A stretch of 64,000 bases of DNA from an uncultured Phycisphaerales bacterium (lineage in GTDB: Bacteria > Planctomycetota > Phycisphaerae > Tepidisphaerales > Tepidisphaeraceae), in assembly GCA_963755915.1 (NCBI GenBank), contig CAVWLP010000003.1:1056001-1120000 (forward strand), written 5' to 3'. The notes under the pieces were generated by a model. That model was given only the letters and a program-made list of their open reading frames with translations. It did not search any database and was not told where the DNA came from. Below are positions 36,341 through 47,305 of this stretch, piece by piece (positions within the stretch are counted from its first letter, which is position 1; each line of letters opens with the position of its first letter). Both the position numbers and the translations under genes were made by a program.

Positions 36341-36658
36341 TCAGTGGCTATCCGGTGAAGTAGGCCCTGACGAATCGCCAATTGACCACACCTCAGTTCC
36401 GATAGGCACGTCCTCTTTTTTGAATGTTTCCGCCAGCAAAATGACAAAAGCTCGACTTGGAGGGATTGGCGAGAGGATCTCAATGCCCTTAATTTTGGTC
36501 CGAACAACGGTGGCATCCGGCTTTCGAAGTTCCACCGTATCACCAACGCGAAACCGTTCGTCCCCCTCTGGACTAATTCCTGGGGCCAAGGCAATGCCGC
36601 GACCTTTCACTGCGAAGGTGGCCGCAATCACAAAGAGACATCTGGGGGAGGCCGGCAT
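36341..36658 (-). CDS. Small hypothetical protein resembling the EF-Tu domain-2 beta barrel
   Basis: TFAVKGRG, VGDTVEL, IKGIE. Confidence 0.55.
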   Translation of the reverse strand: MPASPRCLFVIAATFAVKGRGIALAPGISPEGDERFRVGDTVELRKPDATVVRTKIKGIEILSPIPPSRAFVILLAETFKKEDVPIGTEVWSIGDSSGPTSPDSH

Positions 36659-36752
36659 CAGCTTGATTTTACGCTGGTGAATGCTCGCACGGAACCCTCA
36701 TGTCTACCGGGGATTGGCTAGCTTACACCCCTCGCTATAGACTCCCGCGGCT

Positions 36753-37456
36753 ATGGCAATCGCGGACATGCGACGGGAATTTGACGCCGGAGGGATCGAC
36801 CGGGGGGACATGGATGCCGATCCGCTGCGGCAGTTTCAGGTCTGGTTCGATGCGGCGGCCGCGACCAGCGGAGGGAGATTCCGAAAATTCTGCGTCGATA
36901 TATATAAGGCTTTCGGGGCGCTGTTTGGGGCCAAGTCGATCGAAGCGAATGCGATGGCGCTGGCGACGGCGAACCGCGAGGGGCAGCCTTCAGTTCGGAC
37001 GGTTTTGCTGAAGGGCGTCGATTCGCGGGGGTTTATTTTTTTTACGAATTATGGGAGCCGGAAGGGCGCGAGCTGACGGACAATCCGCGGGCGGCGCTGG
37101 TGTTTTACTGGCCCGAACTGGAGCGGCAGGTTTGTGTGGCGGGGATCGTGACGCAAATTTCACGGGAGGAATCGGAGGCGTATTTTCGCACTCGGCCGCG
37201 CAAAAGCCAGATTGGCGCGGCGGCATCGGATCAAAGCGCGGTGGTGAAAGGGAGGAAGGAGCTGGAGGAGAGGTTTGCGGAGATTGAAAAGCGGTTTGAG
37301 GGGAAGGAGATTCCGATTCCGGAGAACTGGGGGGGGTATCAACTCAAGCCGCAACGGATTGAGTTTTGGCAGGGGAGGCGAAGCCGGATGCATGATCGGA
37401 TTTGCTACACGCGCGATGAAAAGGGTCAATGGCGAATCGAACGCCTCTCGCCGTGA
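36753..37456 (+). CDS. pdxH: Pyridoxamine 5'-phosphate oxidase, frameshift near 37070
   Basis: [53 protein letters not shown]. Confidence 0.93.
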
Positions 37457-38070
37457 GCGCGCCTCCGGCGCATTGCCAACCCTGCCATGCCGATGCCAAT
37501 CAGGGAAATCGTGCCCGGCTCCGGCACGGCGGTCACCAGCAGATTGAAGACATCGGACTGTGAGCTCGTCGGTTGATTGAAGAGCGTGAGATAAGTCGTA
37601 GAAGTCCCGGTCGAGCCCAGAGGCGGATTGCGAACATCGAGGTAGTCCTCATCCACCGTGGTTCCGAGGGGGTCTTGAACGCCCATATAGCTCTGGTATT
37701 CCCACGTGCTCGCGCGAGAGCCGACGGTCTGGATCCAGGGATTGACGCTGTAGCCCAACGTTGAAGCGAGGAGATTGCCCGGGGTCGTGTCGGTGATGGA
37801 GCCGTTCGGCACATCGGCGGCGGGAATCCCGGCGTCTTCGAGCAGCGAATCGAGCTGCGGGCCGGTGGCAAGCGTGAACTGGGGATAATCGGCCAGGGAG
37901 GTGTCGACCGATTGCCCGAGCGTGGCGCTGGCGTTGAGATAGGCCAGGTTGGTGGCGGTATCGATTGCCACGGATTGGCCGTCATATGTACCGGCAATGA
38001 TGGATGCGCGGGCCGCGCCAGCAAGGGCAAGCATAGCCACAGCATAAGCAAAAGTTCGATAGTTTCTCAC
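37426..38070 (-). CDS. PEP-CTERM sorting-domain protein
   Basis: Signal peptide; VPEPGTISLIGIGMAGLAMRRRR. Confidence 0.88.
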   Translation of the reverse strand: MRNYRTFAYAVAMLALAGAARASIIAGTYDGQSVAIDTATNLAYLNASATLGQSVDTSLADYPQFTLATGPQLDSLLEDAGIPAADVPNGSITDTTPGNLLASTLGYSVNPWIQTVGSRASTWEYQSYMGVQDPLGTTVDEDYLDVRNPPLGSTGTSTTYLTLFNQPTSSQSDVFNLLVTAVPEPGTISLIGIGMAGLAMRRRRAHGERRSIRH

Positions 38071-38276
38071 AACCTTGCTTCTACCTTTCCCAAAATCGCG
38101 TCAATCGCTTCGCAAAACACGTAATAGCGTTAAACGCATTACCCCTGCGGGCTCAGACACTTATGCTAAAATCTCGATTTCCCCAAATACAAGATTAGTG
38201 TTCGAAGTATGACGGTTTCTGATACCGCCGTCAATCGCAAAATTCGTCTGGCAATAAATAGCAATAAATGCGGGAT

Positions 38277-39772
38277 CTAAAACCCCTGCTGGGCGATCTC
38301 GACCGCTTTGAGCAGCGCCTTCGCCTTGTTCATGGTTTCTTCGTATTCGTTTTCGGGGACGGAATCGGCGACTACGCCTGCGCCGACCTGCACGTCGAAG
38401 ATGCTGTTTTTCCAGACGATGGTGCGGAGGGCGATGCAGGTGTCCATGTTGCCGGCGAAAGTCGAGGTATCCGACGGCACCGCCATAGGGGCCGCGGCGG
38501 GTGGGCTCGAGCTCGTCGATGATCTGCATGGCGCGGATTTTGGGGGCGCCGCTGACGGTGCCGACGGGGAGGCTTACACGAAGGGCGTCGAGGGCCGTTA
38601 AACCGTCGGCGAGCTCGCCGGTGACATTGCTGGTGATGTGCATGACGTGGCTGTAGCGCTCCACCGTCATCACGTCGCTGATTTTGACGGTGCCGACCTT
38701 GGCGACTCTGCCGACGTCGTTGCGATGCAAGTCGACGAGCATGATGTGTTCGGCGCGTTCCTTGGGGTCGGCGAGGAGCTCGCGTTCGAGGGCGGCGTCT
38801 TCGGCGTCGGTGCCCCCCCGCCGGCGGGTGCCGGCAAGCGGGCGGCTGGTGACGATTCCATCCGAGACGCGGCAGAGGATTTCCGGGCTGGAGCCGATCA
38901 GGGTGCAGGCGGGGCTCTTCAGGATAGAACATGAACGGGGAGGGATTGATGATCCGCAGGGCGCGGTAGACATCCAGCGGATCGACGGGGGAGATGACTC
39001 GAAGGCGCTGGCTGGGGACGAACTGGAAGATATCGCCGGCCTTGATGAATTCTTTTCCCGCCCGGACCATCTGCTCGAACTGATCGCGGGTGCAGTTGGG
39101 GGTAAATTTCAGGGACATGGGAGCGGTGGGGTCGATCTCGCCGAGGCCGGAGCTGGGAGGCTGATGGAGGCGGGAGACGATTTCGTCGATCCGCCGGCAG
39201 GCATCGCGATAGGCCGACTCGATTCCGGCGGGGCCGATCTGGGCGTTGGCGACGACCTTGATGGTCTTATCGACATGATCGAAGATCACGATCTCGCTGT
39301 AGAGGGCGAAGAGAAGATCGGGGAGCTTTCGGTCGTCGAAGGGAGGGGAGGCGAGCTTTTCGCCCTCGTAATAGCGGATCGTGTCGTAGCCGGCGTAGCC
39401 GACGAGGCCGCCGGTGAAGGCGGGGAGATGCTTGTCGCGGAAATATTTTTCGGCGGGGAGGAGTTTTTGCAGGTCGGCGAGGGGATCGGTGGTGTTGAAT
39501 TCGCGCGGGGGCTGGCCGAATTCCTGGATCGAGGCTTTGCCGCCGGCGACCTGGTAGACCGATCGCGGTCCGGCGGCGATGAAGCTGAAGCGGCCGATTT
39601 TTTCGCCGCCGATCACGCTTTCGAGGAGAAAGGCGTGCTGCTCGCGGCCGAGGACTTCGAAGGCGGAGACGGGAGTGAGGTGGTCGGCGAGGAGCTGGCG
39701 GTAAACGGGGATGATGTGCGCGGTGGCGGCGGCGGCCTTGAATTCGTCGAGGGTGGGGAAATAGCGGCGCAT
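38277..39772 (-). CDS. trpE: Anthranilate synthase component I, frameshifted
   Basis: [74 protein letters not shown]. Confidence 0.93.
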
Positions 39773-39822
39773 GGGCTAGTGCAAAGGTAAGAGCGGTGGG
39801 GGAAAAGTCAAAATCAGCCCTG

Positions 39823-40256
39823 CTAAAGGTCGGCCAGTTTCGCGCCCATGAGGCCGACCCTGATTCCACTGCTTTCCAACATGTGCGTCGCCTTCTGATT
39901 GATTTTCAGCAGAAAAAACAGGTTGGCCAGGGGGATAATCATTCCAAATGCGCAAAGAAGTCGCATGGCTGCACTGTAGCCCAAGGCCGCCGCCATTCGA
40001 TAACTGAAAACCGCCATAAAAATGGGGAAAGCCAACTCGACCAGCAACAAGAGGAAAAAGATGATCAGGCCTCGAAGGTTGGGAGAGGAAGGAGTCATGC
40101 CAATGCGGATAAGCACACAAAGCGACTTGTAGCGCACCTGCGACGATGGCCCACACAAGCTGGCGCTGGGCCAGCCCGATCGCCCGAAGCGGTGGATTGC
40201 CGCGCAAGGGGGGTTGCGTATTGCAGGGGCATTGCGGGTGGGATCTGGTCGGACAT
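39823..40256 (-). CDS. Small membrane protein, paralog 1, frameshifted
   Basis: MSDQIPPAMPLQYATP ... NQKATHMLESSGIRVGLMGAKLADL. Confidence 0.7.
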
Positions 40257-40288
40257 GAGGCCCCCCGGGGGCACTAAAAAGCGACGGA

Positions 40289-40725
40289 TCATTTGCCCTC
40301 TAAGTCCGCCAGCTTGGCGCCCATCAGCCCTACGCGAATTCCCTGACTCTTGAGCAATTTGGTGGCTTTCTGATTGACGACAAGCAAAATGATCAGGCTG
40401 ACGAGCGGAATGATCATGCCGATCACAAGCAATACGCGCTTGGTGCTGCCATCCCCAAGGGCGGCGGATAATTGATAGACGCAAACCATCATAAAGATGA
40501 TAAATCCGAACCGCACGACGTAGAGCAGAAAGAGGGTCAGGTCCAGCCCCAGCGGCGAATTGGCGGTGATGGCTGCTCCCATCGCCGCGGAAATGCCGAC
40601 CAGGAATGCGCAAGAATGGCCCACATCATCCGTCGCTGCGCCATGGCGACGGCGCGGACTGTCGAAGTGCCGCTTCCAGGAGTGGAATATTCCAGGGAAA
40701 CCGAGGGGGGAATCTGCTGTGACAT
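40289..40725 (-). CDS. Small membrane protein, paralog 2, frameshifted
   Basis: MSQQIPPSVSLEYSTP ... NQKATKLLKSQGIRVGLMGAKLADL; SD GGAGG. Confidence 0.7.
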
Positions 40726-40856
40726 TTAACCTCCGCAAGAATTGAGTGAAAGCGATGCTACTCGCCGATTTCCGTGGTTGCAAAAAACTGTAAGGTTCCC
40801 GACGCCAGGGTGCCCTCAAGGGGGAATGGCGTTTGGGAGGGTTTGGGTTTACCGCG

Positions 40857-40914
40857 AATGATGCGCACCGCGGCGGCGGTGAACTCGGGGAGGGTGGGGA
40901 AATAGCGGCGCATG
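40857..40914 (-). pseudogene. Relic duplicate of the trpE 5' end
   Basis: [19 protein letters not shown] vs Trp[22 protein letters not shown]; 25-bp exact repeat 39749-39773 / 40890-40914. Confidence 0.8.
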
Positions 40915-40915
40915 A

Positions 40916-41377
40916 CTATGGACTTCCGGTCATTGGCGGCGGAAGCCGCGCCGGGTCAATCAGATTGATTCCCGCAAACCGGGAAAAATCCTGGCCATTG
41001 AAGGTCAGGATTCGATCCAGCCGGTGCACCCGCATGGCCGCAACCAATCGAGCATCGTGAGCGATTTTGCCGTGGCAGTCGCCATCGAGAACGATGCGTC
41101 GCCACTCGGCAAAAATTTGCGCGGTGTCCGGAAGCAGTACGAATACTTTGGTCAATTCATCAACTTTCGCGCTCGCTTCACCGGTCGTCATGGCAAGACC
41201 ATTGTTGGCAACCGGCCGGGTTGCCACGACCCAGAATTCGTAGACGCACTGCGGAACGATATTCAGGACTTCACCCCGCGACAGCAACGACCGAACAGCG
41301 TCGGCTGCCATCATACTTTGTTGTTGGTTTGGCTCAGCAATTCGGGTCAGAACGTTCGTGTCCACCAGAACGCTCAT
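40916..41377 (-). CDS. PIN-domain (VapC-like) toxin
   Basis: VLVDTNVL, EFW, HDARLVA, ILTFNGQDF. Confidence 0.9.
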   Translation of the reverse strand: MSVLVDTNVLTRIAEPNQQQSMMAADAVRSLLSRGEVLNIVPQCVYEFWVVATRPVANNGLAMTTGEASAKVDELTKVFVLLPDTAQIFAEWRRIVLDGDCHGKIAHDARLVAAMRVHRLDRILTFNGQDFSRFAGINLIDPARLPPPMTGSP

Positions 41378-41678
41378 AAGCCGCGACCTTCATAGATGCT
41401 TTCGCGACTGTCATCCACCTTATGGCCGGGTGGCAGATTCTGGCGCCCCACTCGCGCATTTTGGCAACCCATGCATCCCACATCGCGACGCGATTCGGGA
41501 TTGAATCGCTGCCGCCGTTGCCCGATCGGGATGCGATCGCCTGCTCCAGAAGATCGGACGCGACGGACCCCAAATCCTGGCCGGTTTCGGCTGCGCGATG
41601 GGCGAGCTCGTCGCTTGCGTCTCTGGAGAGCCGGATTCGAAGCTCCAATTCGGTTTTTTGCCCGGGGATGGCGGCCAT
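41374..41678 (-). CDS. Putative antitoxin, frameshifted
   Basis: RHH-like N-terminus, C-terminal VDDSRESIYEGRGL, ATGA overlap with PIN gene. Confidence 0.75.
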
Positions 41679-41791
41679 GGCTCACTCCTATTACGAATGA
41701 TAGCAGCCTGGATTCGGACCGCATAGTGCGCGGCGCCCTGCCCTTGAGGGGGATGGCAATCGCCCGGGTTTACGTTTACGGTACCGGGCCG

Positions 41792-42154
41792 ATGGCCTTT
41801 GAGATCACAATCACGCGTCAGTTCTCGGCCAGCCATCAGCTTCGGCTCTATGATGGCTCGCTGGAGCCGCTACATGGGCATAACTGGGTGGCGAAGGTGA
41901 CGGTGGCGAGCCCGAAGCTCGACGCCATCGGCGTGGTGATGGATTTTCACGAACTTGAGCGGCTCGTGGATGAGATCGTTGGGCCGATGAACAACCGCCA
42001 TCTCAACGAACTTCCTGCATTCGCGAAGCGGAATCCCTCGGCAGAGGGAGTGGCGCTTCACCTGGCGGAAAGGCTCTCACTGCCGGAGGGAATTAAGCTG
42101 GCGGCGGTGGAAGTGTGGGAGACGGTGGGGTGCTTGGCGGTTTATCGGCCTTGA
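41792..42154 (+). CDS. queD: 6-carboxytetrahydropterin synthase family protein
   Basis: FSASHQL, EPLHGHNW, VMDF, NPSAE, VWET. Confidence 0.85.
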   Translation: MAFEITITRQFSASHQLRLYDGSLEPLHGHNWVAKVTVASPKLDAIGVVMDFHELERLVDEIVGPMNNRHLNELPAFAKRNPSAEGVALHLAERLSLPEGIKLAAVEVWETVGCLAVYRP

Positions 42155-42225
42155 ACTATCAAGCGTATGGGGGGTTAATATATGTTTGACCCGCGCTAAG
42201 CCGACTAATAGGATTAAGCATTGAA

Positions 42226-42726
42226 ATGAAGTGCGAAAAGTGCAACAGGCTGGCGACGGTTCACCTTACCGAAATCCGCAACGGGAAGCAGATCGTTAAA
42301 CATCTCTGTGAGCAGTGCGCCGCCGCGACGGAGGGGATTCCCTCCAAGTCCCATACGCCGATCAATGAATTGCTGACCAACTTCGTGATGCTGCACAGCG
42401 GGATGGCGAAGGAGCAGTCGACGTCCTGTCCGCATTGCCAGATGGCGTGGGCAGATTTCCGGCAGACGGGGCTGCTGGGATGCGAGCACGATTACACCGC
42501 TTTCGAAAAAGACCTGACCCCCCTGCTGCAGCGGGCTCACGATGGGGCGACGCATCACCTGGGCAAGGTTCCCACCCGGCGCGGCGGGACGAGCGTGCCG
42601 ATGAAGCGGCAAATCGACATCAACCGCTTGCGGAAGGAATTGAGCCGGGCGGTGGAATCTGAGGATTACGAGAAGGCTGCGAAATTGCGCGATCAAATCC
42701 GGGAAGCTGAGACACAGCAAGGCTGA
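42226..42726 (+). CDS. mcsA: Protein-arginine kinase activator McsA
   Basis: CEKC, CEQC, CPHC, GCEHDY, HHLGKVP, UVR motif EDYEKAAKLRD. Confidence 0.9.
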   Translation: MKCEKCNRLATVHLTEIRNGKQIVKHLCEQCAAATEGIPSKSHTPINELLTNFVMLHSGMAKEQSTSCPHCQMAWADFRQTGLLGCEHDYTAFEKDLTPLLQRAHDGATHHLGKVPTRRGGTSVPMKRQIDINRLRKELSRAVESEDYEKAAKLRDQIREAETQQG

Positions 42727-42735
42727 GAAGCTGGC

Positions 42736-43790
42736 ATGAAATTAAGCGATCTGACGAGTCAGGCGGGGGAATGGCTCCGCGGCAGCGGGCCCATGAGCGA
42801 GATCGTGATCTCCTCGCGCATCCGCCTGGCAAGGAATGTATCCGGGTATCCGTTCCTGGCCCGGTGTCCGAAATCCAAGCGGCAGGAGCTGGAGCAGAAG
42901 GTTCGAGACACGATTTTGCAGGGACGGCTTTCGCCGCGGATGCTTTACGTCGATCTGGAATCGGCACCGGAAATCGACCGGCTGCTGCTGGTGGAACGGC
43001 ATCTGATCAGCCGGCCGCATAAGGACGCGCAGGGGCGCGCGGGGTGGCGATCGGGGAAAACGAAACGCTAGCGATCATGGTCAATGAGGAAGACCATCTT
43101 CGCATCCAGGTTCTTCGCAGCGGGCTCCAGCTTGAAGAGGCGTGGGAACAGATTAACGCGGTGGACGATCAGCTCGAGTCGTCACTGGATTTCGCGTTCA
43201 ATCCGCGGTTTGGATATCTGACGGCGTGCCCGACGAACGTGGGGACGGGAATTCGCGTGAGCGTGATGCTGCATCTGCCGGCGCTGAAGCTTACCAGCGA
43301 AATTGAAAAGGTATTCAGGGCGGCGAAGGAGATGCGTCTGGCGGTGCGCGGGCTGTATGGCGAGGGAACCGAAGCGACGGGGGATTTTTACCAGATTTCC
43401 AACCAGACGACGCTGGGGAAGAGCGAAGATGAGATCATTCGCGATTTCAAGGACGTGGTGATTCCCAAGATCATCGACTATGAGCACCACGCCAGGCGGG
43501 CGCTGCTCAGCGAGAGGCCGCTGGCGCTGGATGACAAGGTTTACCGGGCGCTGGGGCTGTTGCGGACGGCGCGGCTGATGGAGACCGAGGAGACGCTGGT
43601 GGCGCTGAGCCACGTGCGGCTGGGGGTGAACCTCAAGCGGGTGAAAGACATCGACATTAACAAGGTCAATGAGCTATTCCTGCTGACGCAGGAGGCACAT
43701 CTTCAACGGATGGTGGGGAAGAAGCTGGATGGGGAAGCGCGGAAAGCGGCGCGGGCGGAGTTCATTCGGCAGAAATTGTCGGCAAATTAA
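42736..43790 (+). CDS. mcsB: Protein arginine kinase McsB, frameshift near 43040
   Basis: SSRIRLARN, ERHLIS, NEEDHLRIQ, GYLTACPTNVGTG, YQISNQTTLG. Confidence 0.93.
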
Positions 43791-45037
43791 AAAATAGCTA
43801 TTTCAAGCCAGAACGTGCTCGGGCGGCGCTTCGGAGATGCCGGCGGGATGGGGGGGTGTTTGAATCTGCGGCGATAGAATCGGCGCAGGCGCTTGTAGCC
43901 CAACCGAATGAAATCGGTGTAGAAGAAAAGGATCAGGCCGGCGTCGTTCCAGGGCATGTCGGTCTTGAGGGCGCCCGAGGTCCATTTCGCCAGGCCGACC
44001 AGGTCGTATTCGGTGACGCAGCGGCGGATTTCCTGGGGAAACATGTGAACGATCGGCGCTTCGCCGGGGGGGAGGGTTGGCTCCTGGACCGTTTCTTCGC
44101 CGTGGAGGAAATCGGCGATGGCGCACTCGTAGTCGACGTTGACGTATTTGCCGAGGTGGTAGGTGGCGATGGTGCGGCCGTTGAATTCGATGACGACGAA
44201 TTCGCCGGTTTTTTCGTTTTGTATCCAGTCGAACCCGCAGAGGCCGTGGAAGCCGGTGAGCTTGCCGACATCGGCGGCGATCTTCTGGAGGCGGTGGTCG
44301 CAGAAATATTTGCGCACACAGGAGGGACCGAATTTTCCGGGCCAGGTGCGGACGGCGTAGGCGCTGGTGTGGCACATGAGCCGGCCATGGCTGTAGAGGG
44401 CGTTGGTCTTGCCGACGGCGCCGTGAACCATTTCCTGGATGACGACGGGGCCGGTGTCGCTGAGTTTCTGGAAGGTGGCAGCAACATTGGCCTTGCTCGC
44501 GACGAGGACCACGCCGGCGCCGGCGCAGTCGACGTCGCGCTTGAAGAAGAGGGGAAAGTTGAGGTCGTCGGCGGCTTTTTTGGCCTCGGCCTGCGTGCGG
44601 CAGACGCGCATGGGGGGGATTGGAATTCCGGCGGCGGCGGCGGATTCCATGAACGCGGCCTTGCGGAAGATCATGTCGGCGTGCGTGAAGGGATCGACGG
44701 GGAAGATTTTGGGAAGCCATTTCTGATCGCGGCAGAGGATGCCGGCCTGGAGCGCCAGTTCATCGCCGAAGACGACCCAGGGGAGGTTGCGGCCATATTG
44801 CCAGATGAGGCTGGAGAGGGCTTTGGCGGCGGAGCGAGGATCGATAGGGCACGGGATGACTTTATCGACGAACCTGGAGGAGCAGACGGGCGTATTGGGA
44901 TCGCCGAGGACGACGATGCGGCAGCCGGCGCCGTAGAGGAGGGAGGGAATGCGGGCGAGGCTGAAGCGATCCTCAAGTGCGATCAGGATCACCTCACGCC
45001 GGTGGGCGTGGTGCAGCTTATGTGCTCCAGCGGACAT
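43787..45037 (-). CDS. ATP-grasp domain protein
   Basis: AAGIPIP, FPLFFK, GAGVVLV, VIQEMVHG, GFDWI, IEFNGR. Confidence 0.8.
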   Translation of the reverse strand: MSAGAHKLHHAHRREVILIALEDRFSLARIPSLLYGAGCRIVVLGDPNTPVCSSRFVDKVIPCPIDPRSAAKALSSLIWQYGRNLPWVVFGDELALQAGILCRDQKWLPKIFPVDPFTHADMIFRKAAFMESAAAAGIPIPPMRVCRTQAEAKKAADDLNFPLFFKRDVDCAGAGVVLVASKANVAATFQKLSDTGPVVIQEMVHGAVGKTNALYSHGRLMCHTSAYAVRTWPGKFGPSCVRKYFCDHRLQKIAADVGKLTGFHGLCGFDWIQNEKTGEFVVIEFNGRTIATYHLGKYVNVDYECAIADFLHGEETVQEPTLPPGEAPIVHMFPQEIRRCVTEYDLVGLAKWTSGALKTDMPWNDAGLILFFYTDFIRLGYKRLRRFYRRRFKHPPIPPASPKRRPSTFWLEIAIF

Positions 45038-45449
45038 AGATCAATTGTCGGCCGACGACCGCTTAAAATTGAAGTGACGGTCGGCAAACTTCCTCGGGGG
45101 GGAGGCACCCATTGCTTTCCCGGAGGATTTTCCCGCCTGACACCCACAATGTCCAGCCGGAGGGAGCAGAACCGGCAGCCGAAATTGTCGTATGTTATGA
45201 GACGAGAGTTGTGGGAAGGGGCTTTGGCAGGCCCGGAATTCAGGGGATAGAAAAAAGGCGAAAAAGTTGACCGTGATTAACTTCACAATGTTTCTGTCGT
45301 TTTATTAATAGGAAAACAGCGGGTCATTCAGAATCTGCCGGGAATTTAAACACGCCGCCTGGGGTTTTCTGAGTGAGTCGCGCATGCATCGGCACATGGG
45401 TTGCTCATTGTATTAAAGCGACCTCAGACGCTGATGGCGGAGCAAGGCA

Positions 45450-45823
45450 ATGATTACGATCAAGCACTTTATGGACCCTGTCGAGAAGGAGGACGGGAAT
45501 CGGATCTGGGTGGAACCGATTGGGCTGACGCTGGACCTGAAGAAATGGTGCAAGGTGAATCACACCCTGTGCCATGTCGCGCCCCGCGCGATCTGTGGGA
45601 CTGGTTCCTGGAACATCCCGATGGCTACGCCTACTTTCGTGGGCGGTATCACGATTGGCTTCGAAAGAGCCCGTACAAACCGGCGCTGCAGCAGCTCGCT
45701 TTGGCGGCGATGAGGGAGAATATCGCGCTGCTGCATCAGTCGGACGATCCGGCGCATAATTCTGCGACTGCTCTGTATGAATTCCTGTCGGAGCTGGAAG
45801 CGTATTGCGAGCCTGAGTTGTAG
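45450..45823 (+). CDS. DUF488/YeaO-like protein, frameshifted
   Basis: EDGNRIWV, VAP..LWDWF, HNSATAL. Confidence 0.7.
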
Positions 45824-45906
45824 GGCGAAATCTCCCGGGCGTAATTCGCAAGTCGCGGGGCTGACATCTTTCCACTATGATCGGCGGGCGCTGGCGTCGA
45901 TCTTCG

Positions 45907-47292
45907 GTGGCAAAGATTTCATCTGAAAAATCATCAACGAGCGGTGCGGAGCCGGTCTCCTTCTGGCAGGGATTCCGCGCCCTTCGCCATCCCAATTACC
46001 GCCTGTTCTTCGGTGGGCAGCTCATCTCCGTCATCGGGACGTTTCTCACCAACACCGCGATGGGCTGGCTGGCGAGCACCCTTACCAGCGATCCGCGGCA
46101 GAAGGCGATCTACATCAGCATCGTCCTCTTCGCGTCGCAGATTCCGCTGTTCGTGCTGGGCCCCATCGGCGGAGTGTGGGTCGATCGGCTCAATCGCCAG
46201 AAGCTGATTGTGGCAACACAAATATTGTCGATGGTGCAATCGTTTGTGCTGGCGGGGCTGTCGCTTACCGGCAATATCAATGTTTACTGGGCAGTCGGGC
46301 TGGCGCTTTTTCAGGGGCTGATCAACGCGATCGATATCCCCGGCCGGCAGGCGTTTCTGGTGGAAATGGTCACCGATCGGGGTGATCTGGCCAATGCAAT
46401 TGCGCTGAATTCGACGATGGTCCATGGCGCGCGGCTGATCGGGCCGGCGTGCGCGGGGCTGCTAATCCACTGGGTGGGGATGGGATACTGCTTTCTGTTC
46501 GACGGCTTCAGTTACCTGGCGGTGATCGCCGCCCTGCTGGCAATGCACATCGTGCCACGTCCGCGCAAGCAGCGGCAAACGGTGCTGCGTGAATTGCGCG
46601 AAGGTTTCCGCTATGTCGCCCATTTTCCTCCGGCGCGGGAGCTGTTGATGCTCATGGCCATATTCAGCCTCTCCGGCGTCCCCGCCATGATGGTGCTGAT
46701 GCCGCTGTTTGGCCTGCGCTTTGGCGGAACGGCGCGTGGGGACCTGGTTTACGGGTTTCTCAGCGCCGCTTCGGGGCTGGGGGCGCTCTTTGGGGCGATT
46801 CGCCTGGCGCTGCGCAAGACGGTGCTGGGGCTGGGGCGGATCATCGCCCTTTCGTCGCTCCTGTTTGCGCTGGGAATCGCGTGCTTTGCGTTCTCGCCCC
46901 ACCTGGCGATTTCACTGCTGATTCTGCCGTTTTGCGGGTGGGGAATGATCACCAATTTCGCCGCTTCGAATACGATTCTGCAGACGATCGTCGACGACGA
47001 CAAACGGGGAAGGGTGATGAGCCTCTTCGCGATGTCGTTCATGGGGATGACGCCGTTCGGGGTTTTGATCGCGGGAGGACTGGCGTCGCACCTGGCGGTC
47101 GATCCGTTCGTCGGGGCGTCGCGCACGCTGCTGATCATGTCGGCGGTTTGCATCGCGGCGACGGTGCATTACTGGGCGAAACTGCCGAGGATTCGCGAGT
47201 TCATCCGGCCGATTTACATCAAGCAGGGGATTCTGCCTCAAATCGCCGAAGGCTTGCAGATCGCAGCGGCGCAGGTGCCCACCGAGTCGTAA
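45907..47292 (+). CDS. MFS transporter
   Basis: ALRHPNYRLFF, GVWVDRLNR, PGRQAF, NAIALNS, RGRVMS. Confidence 0.9.
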   Translation: MAKISSEKSSTSGAEPVSFWQGFRALRHPNYRLFFGGQLISVIGTFLTNTAMGWLASTLTSDPRQKAIYISIVLFASQIPLFVLGPIGGVWVDRLNRQKLIVATQILSMVQSFVLAGLSLTGNINVYWAVGLALFQGLINAIDIPGRQAFLVEMVTDRGDLANAIALNSTMVHGARLIGPACAGLLIHWVGMGYCFLFDGFSYLAVIAALLAMHIVPRPRKQRQTVLRELREGFRYVAHFPPARELLMLMAIFSLSGVPAMMVLMPLFGLRFGGTARGDLVYGFLSAASGLGALFGAIRLALRKTVLGLGRIIALSSLLFALGIACFAFSPHLAISLLILPFCGWGMITNFAASNTILQTIVDDDKRGRVMSLFAMSFMGMTPFGVLIAGGLASHLAVDPFVGASRTLLIMSAVCIAATVHYWAKLPRIREFIRPIYIKQGILPQIAEGLQIAAAQVPTES

Positions 47293-47305
47293 CGTCGAGA
47301 CAAAT

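Noticed and set aside
39749-40914. Diversity-generating retroelement TR/VR pair
   Set aside because: Repeat is short, at a gene 5' end, differences are not adenine-specific and no reverse transcriptase is present
43787-45037. ATP-grasp RiPP (graspetide) cluster
   Set aside because: No adjacent precursor peptide or transporter identifiable
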